This document shows, one piece after another, positions 61,094-64,000 of a DNA stretch of 64,000 bases. How positions within the stretch are numbered: position 1 is the stretch's first letter; the number at the start of each line of letters is the position of its first letter. The notes beneath the pieces were generated by a model, which was not told where the DNA came from, ran no database searches, and worked only from the letters and a program-made list of their open reading frames with translations. Origin of the DNA: Betaproteobacteria bacterium (lineage in GTDB: Bacteria > Pseudomonadota > Gammaproteobacteria > Burkholderiales > Burkholderiaceae_C); NCBI GenBank assembly GCA_016868355.1, contig VGHB01000013.1, forward strand, positions 5,985-69,984, read 5' to 3'. Made by a program: the position numbers and the translations under genes.

Positions 61094-63148
61094 TCAGCGC
61101 TTGGCCACCAGAGTCAGGATGTCGTAGCTGGCAACCACCTCACCATGCTGATTGGTGACTTCCACGTCCCATGCCACCACGCCCTGCCCCTTCCCATCGG
61201 CACCAAGCTTCATGCGGTCGATCTTGCGCTTGGCCGTCAGCCGCGCTCGAATGGTGTCGCCCAATGCCACCGGCTTGGTAAAGCGCAGGGTGTCCAGGCC
61301 ATAGTTGGCCAACAGCGGGCCCGGAGCGGTCCACACGAACAGCCCCGCGGCGGCCGACAGCACGAGATAGCCGTGAGCGATGCGCTGACCGAAGGTCGAG
61401 GCCTTGGCCGCCTGCTCGTCGAAGTGCATGTAGAAGGTGTCGCCCGTGAGATCTCCGAAGGCTTGCACGTCCTCGGCGCTGATCACCCGCGGGGGGGTCA
61501 ACAGACTGTGCCCAATCTGTAAATCCTCAAAGGCCTGACGCATGGGGTGCACATCGGTTTCAATCAACGTGGCCCCGCGCACATATTCACCAGTGACGGC
61601 CATCACCATGTCGGGTGAGCCCTGAATCGCACTGCGCTGCAGGTTGTGCTTGACCGCCCGTATGCCGCCGAGTTCTTCACCGCCGCCGGCCCGGCCAGGC
61701 CCGCCGTGCTTGAGATAGGGCAAGGGAGAACCATGCCCCGTCGACTCGGCCGAAGAACGTGCGTCCAGGATGTGCAGCCGGCCGTGCAAGGCCGCGGCCC
61801 TGGGCACCACATGAGCGGCCACCGCCGGTGTCTTGGTGACGAGCGAGCCCACCAGACTTCCCTGGCCGCGGGCTGCCAAAGCCACCGCCTCATCCATGTC
61901 GTCATAAGGCATAAGGGTGCTGACTGGGCCAAAGGCTTCCAGCTCATGCACCACAGCGACCTCCAGGGGCTTGGCGCATGCCAGCAGGGTCGGGCTGAAG
62001 AAGGCGCCTTCGGCCGCGCCTTGTCCGTGCGGCACAAATCCGTCGGGCTGGGCGTAGACCACGCTCATGTGCGGCGCGGCCAAGAGCTGCCGCACCCTAT
62101 CCGCCACATCAAGCTGTTGAGCTTTGCAAGCCAAGGCCCCCATCTTCACCCCCTGTGCCGCAGGGTCGCCCACCACCACCTTGGACAGCCGATCGCGCAG
62201 GCGCTCGGCCACTGCATCCAGATGCCGGCGCGGCACGATGGCTCGGCGAATGGCGGTGCACTTCTGCCCTGCTTTGACAGTCATCTCGCGCGCCACTTCC
62301 TTGACGAACAGATCGAACTCGGGATCGTCGGGTGTCACGTCATCGGCCAAGATCGCGCAGTTCAATGAATCAGCCTCAGCATTGAATGGAATACCGTTGT
62401 GCAACAGATGCGGCCGCGCACGCAACAGGGCTGCGGTGTCGGCGCTGCCGGTGAAGGTCACCATGTCCTGGCCGTTGAGGCGGTCCAACAGGTCACCGGT
62501 CCCACCGATCACCAGTTGAACGGCACCCGGTGGCAGCAAATTGGAATCCAGCATCATGCGTACCAGGGCATATGTGAGGTAGCTGGTGGCCGTGGCGGGC
62601 TTGCCAATACAGGGCTGCCCGGCCAGAAAGCCCGGCGCAAACTTTTCCAACAAACCCCAAACGGGGAAGTTGAAGGCATTGATGTGAACTGCCAGGCCGC
62701 GGCGCGGCACCAGAATGTGTGTACCCAGGAACTGCCCGCCCTTGCCCAGGGTATGCACCGGCCCTTCGTGGACCACATTGCCTGAGGGCAGTTCGCTGCT
62801 GCCCATGCTGGCGTAGGCAAACAACGTTGCCGTTCCGCCCTCGATGTCGATCCAACTGTCGTTACGCGTGGCCCCGGTATGTGCCGAAATGGCATAGAGC
62901 TCTTCCTTGCGCCCCACGAGGTACTTGGCCAGTGCCTTGAGGATGGCCGCACGCTGTTGAAAGTCGGTCTTGAGCAGTTCACGCAAGCCCAAGGCGCGGG
63001 CATGGTCGACAGCCGACTGGAAGTCCAGGCTTTCGGCATGGGTGTGGGCCACCACCTGTGCGTTGATGGCGCTGCACAGGGGTGCAGCGGCTTGTTGGCC
63101 AACCCACTGGCCAGCAATGAAACTTTGAAGAACGGACGGCGCACTCAT
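61094..63148 (-). CDS. paaZ: Bifunctional PaaZ-type protein: aldehyde dehydrogenase fused to a MaoC-like (R)-hydratase domain (oxepin-CoA hydrolase / 3-oxo-5,6-dehydrosuberyl-CoA semialdehyde dehydrogenase)
   Basis: 684 aa. MSAPSVLQSFIAGQWVG.., an ALDH core with ..EMTVKAGQKCTAIRR.., and a C-terminal hot-dog domain ..GDTFYMHFDEQAAKASTFGQRIAHGYLVLS.. Confidence 0.85.
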   Translation of the reverse strand: MSAPSVLQSFIAGQWVGQQAAAPLCSAINAQVVAHTHAESLDFQSAVDHARALGLRELLKTDFQQRAAILKALAKYLVGRKEELYAISAHTGATRNDSWIDIEGGTATLFAYASMGSSELPSGNVVHEGPVHTLGKGGQFLGTHILVPRRGLAVHINAFNFPVWGLLEKFAPGFLAGQPCIGKPATATSYLTYALVRMMLDSNLLPPGAVQLVIGGTGDLLDRLNGQDMVTFTGSADTAALLRARPHLLHNGIPFNAEADSLNCAILADDVTPDDPEFDLFVKEVAREMTVKAGQKCTAIRRAIVPRRHLDAVAERLRDRLSKVVVGDPAAQGVKMGALACKAQQLDVADRVRQLLAAPHMSVVYAQPDGFVPHGQGAAEGAFFSPTLLACAKPLEVAVVHELEAFGPVSTLMPYDDMDEAVALAARGQGSLVGSLVTKTPAVAAHVVPRAAALHGRLHILDARSSAESTGHGSPLPYLKHGGPGRAGGGEELGGIRAVKHNLQRSAIQGSPDMVMAVTGEYVRGATLIETDVHPMRQAFEDLQIGHSLLTPPRVISAEDVQAFGDLTGDTFYMHFDEQAAKASTFGQRIAHGYLVLSAAAGLFVWTAPGPLLANYGLDTLRFTKPVALGDTIRARLTAKRKIDRMKLGADGKGQGVVAWDVEVTNQHGEVVASYDILTLVAKR

Positions 63149-63184
63149 GACTGGGTTTAGAGCTGATTCAAACAGTGTGAAGCG

Positions 63185-63218
63185 GCGCGGCCCCGGCAGG
63201 TGAGCACCGGGGCCGCGC
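63185..63218 (-). terminator. Strong GC hairpin (12-bp perfect stem GCGCGGCCCCGG / CCGGGGCCGCGC, 10-nt loop) downstream of the binding-protein gene
   Basis: Read directly. It lies 22 nt after the stop at 63240 on the minus strand and ~36 nt upstream of the paaZ start. Only a weak T-run (TGTTTG) follows on the minus strand, so intrinsic-terminator function is plausible but unproven. Confidence 0.5.
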
Positions 63219-63239
63219 GAAACGGGGGCTGGGCGCTGC

Positions 63240-64000
63240 TCAGTCGCCGAGGTATTTCCAGGTGCCGTTGCTGATGGTCACCATCACGCGGCCGCGCTGG
63301 TCCAAACCGTTATGGTCACCCGTGGACATGTTGAAGATACCGTGGGCGCCAGGCAGTTCCCTGACCGCCTCAAGCGCGTCGCGCATGGCAGCGCGGAAGG
63401 CGGGCGTGCCGGGCTTGGCCTTCTTCAGAGCCTCGGTGGCAGCACGCTCGACCAAAAGGCCTGCATCCCAACCGTGGCCGCCGAAGGTGGACACGCTGCC
63501 CTTGCCGTACTTGGCTTCGTACGCGCCCACATACACCAAGGCGCTCTTGCGCACCGGATGGTCAGCCGGCAGCTGCGCGGCCACCAGCATCGGGCCGGCC
63601 GGCAAAACGGTGCCTTCCACGTCTTTACCGCCCACGCGCAGGAAGTCGTTGTTGGCCACTCCGTGGGTTTGATAGATCTTGCCGGTGTAGCCCCGCTCGC
63701 GCAGGGTCTTCTGCGGTAACGCTGCGGGCGTGCCAGAGCCGGCGATGAGGATGGCGTCGGGCTTGGCCGTGGTGAGCTTGAGCACCTGGCCGGTCACCGA
63801 CGTGTCGGCGCGGTTGTAGCGCTCGACGGCCAACACATTGAGACTCTTGATGCCAGCAGCCTTTTGGAATTCCTGCAGCCAGCCTTCGCCATACGCGTCT
63901 GCAAATCCGATGAAGCCCACGGTCTTGATGCCGGCGTTGGCCATGTGCTGCGCGATGGCAATGGCCATCATGATGTCATTCTGCGGGGTCTTGAAGACCC
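63240..64000 (-). CDS. Branched-chain-amino-acid-type (LivK-like, PBP type 1) ABC substrate-binding protein, C-terminal part; 5' end beyond window
   Basis: The frame stays open upstream of the track start (..VFKTPQNDIMMAIAIAQHMANAGIKTVGFIGFADAYGEGW..). Further blocks are ILIAGSGTPAALPQKTLRERGYTGKIYQTHGV and VMVTISNGTWKYLGD-stop. Confidence 0.75.
   Translation of the reverse strand, partial: VFKTPQNDIMMAIAIAQHMANAGIKTVGFIGFADAYGEGWLQEFQKAAGIKSLNVLAVERYNRADTSVTGQVLKLTTAKPDAILIAGSGTPAALPQKTLRERGYTGKIYQTHGVANNDFLRVGGKDVEGTVLPAGPMLVAAQLPADHPVRKSALVYVGAYEAKYGKGSVSTFGGHGWDAGLLVERAATEALKKAKPGTPAFRAAMRDALEAVRELPGAHGIFNMSTGDHNGLDQRGRVMVTISNGTWKYLGD

Noticed and set aside
1-64000. A scan of the longer intergenic regions for tRNA, rRNA, riboswitch-like or CRISPR features: 27266-27518, 38772-39058, 46355-46583, 51272-51697 and 60984-61093.
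   Set aside because: By eye I found no cloverleaf-compatible segments, no rRNA-like conserved blocks and no repeat-spacer arrays. A covariance-model search (tRNAscan-SE or Infernal) would be the decisive check.

Overview
High-GC proteobacterial chromosome segment. It looks like a Burkholderiales-type betaproteobacterium; this is an inference from a Bug/TctC-family gene remnant, frequent Tat signals and gene content, not a database result. I count about 50 tightly packed protein-coding genes, many joined by 1-4 nt stop/start overlaps (ATGA, GTGA).

Positions ~1.0-52.7 kb form one unusually large block devoted to scavenging cell-wall and amino-sugar material:
- Outer membrane: three TonB-dependent receptors.
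- Likely periplasmic: two Amidase_2 enzymes (one an AmiD-like lipoprotein), PBP4/DacB, a Tat-signal LD-carboxypeptidase, two beta-lactamase-fold serine hydrolases, and two GHL10-family putative glycosidases (one fused to a NAGPA phosphodiester-glycosidase domain).
- Inner-membrane importers: AmpG, a sodium:solute symporter, an Opp/Dpp-type ABC system, a CUT1-type ABC system, and a fused SpmA/SpmB protein.
- Cytoplasmic end pathway: two BadF-type sugar kinases, MurQ, NagA, a SIS-type deaminase, NanE, VanX-type D-Ala-D-Ala dipeptidase and a DadA-like dehydrogenase.
- Embedded in a CUT1 sugar-ABC operon is a translationally coupled GH38 / DUF4127 / FAD-oxidoreductase trio of unknown substrate.

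Positions 52.8-63.1 kb switch to aerobic aryl-CoA catabolism. This part holds a fused FAD-monooxygenase/Old-Yellow-Enzyme reductase, MarR, enoyl-CoA hydratase, acyl-CoA dehydrogenase, aryl-CoA ligase, RidA, an FAH-family protein and PaaZ.

The window starts inside a PhoX-like phosphatase gene and ends inside a LivK-type binding-protein gene. I recognised no rRNA, tRNA, CRISPR, transposase or integrase. All functional calls rest on reading the translated ORFs for family hallmarks; no searches were run.
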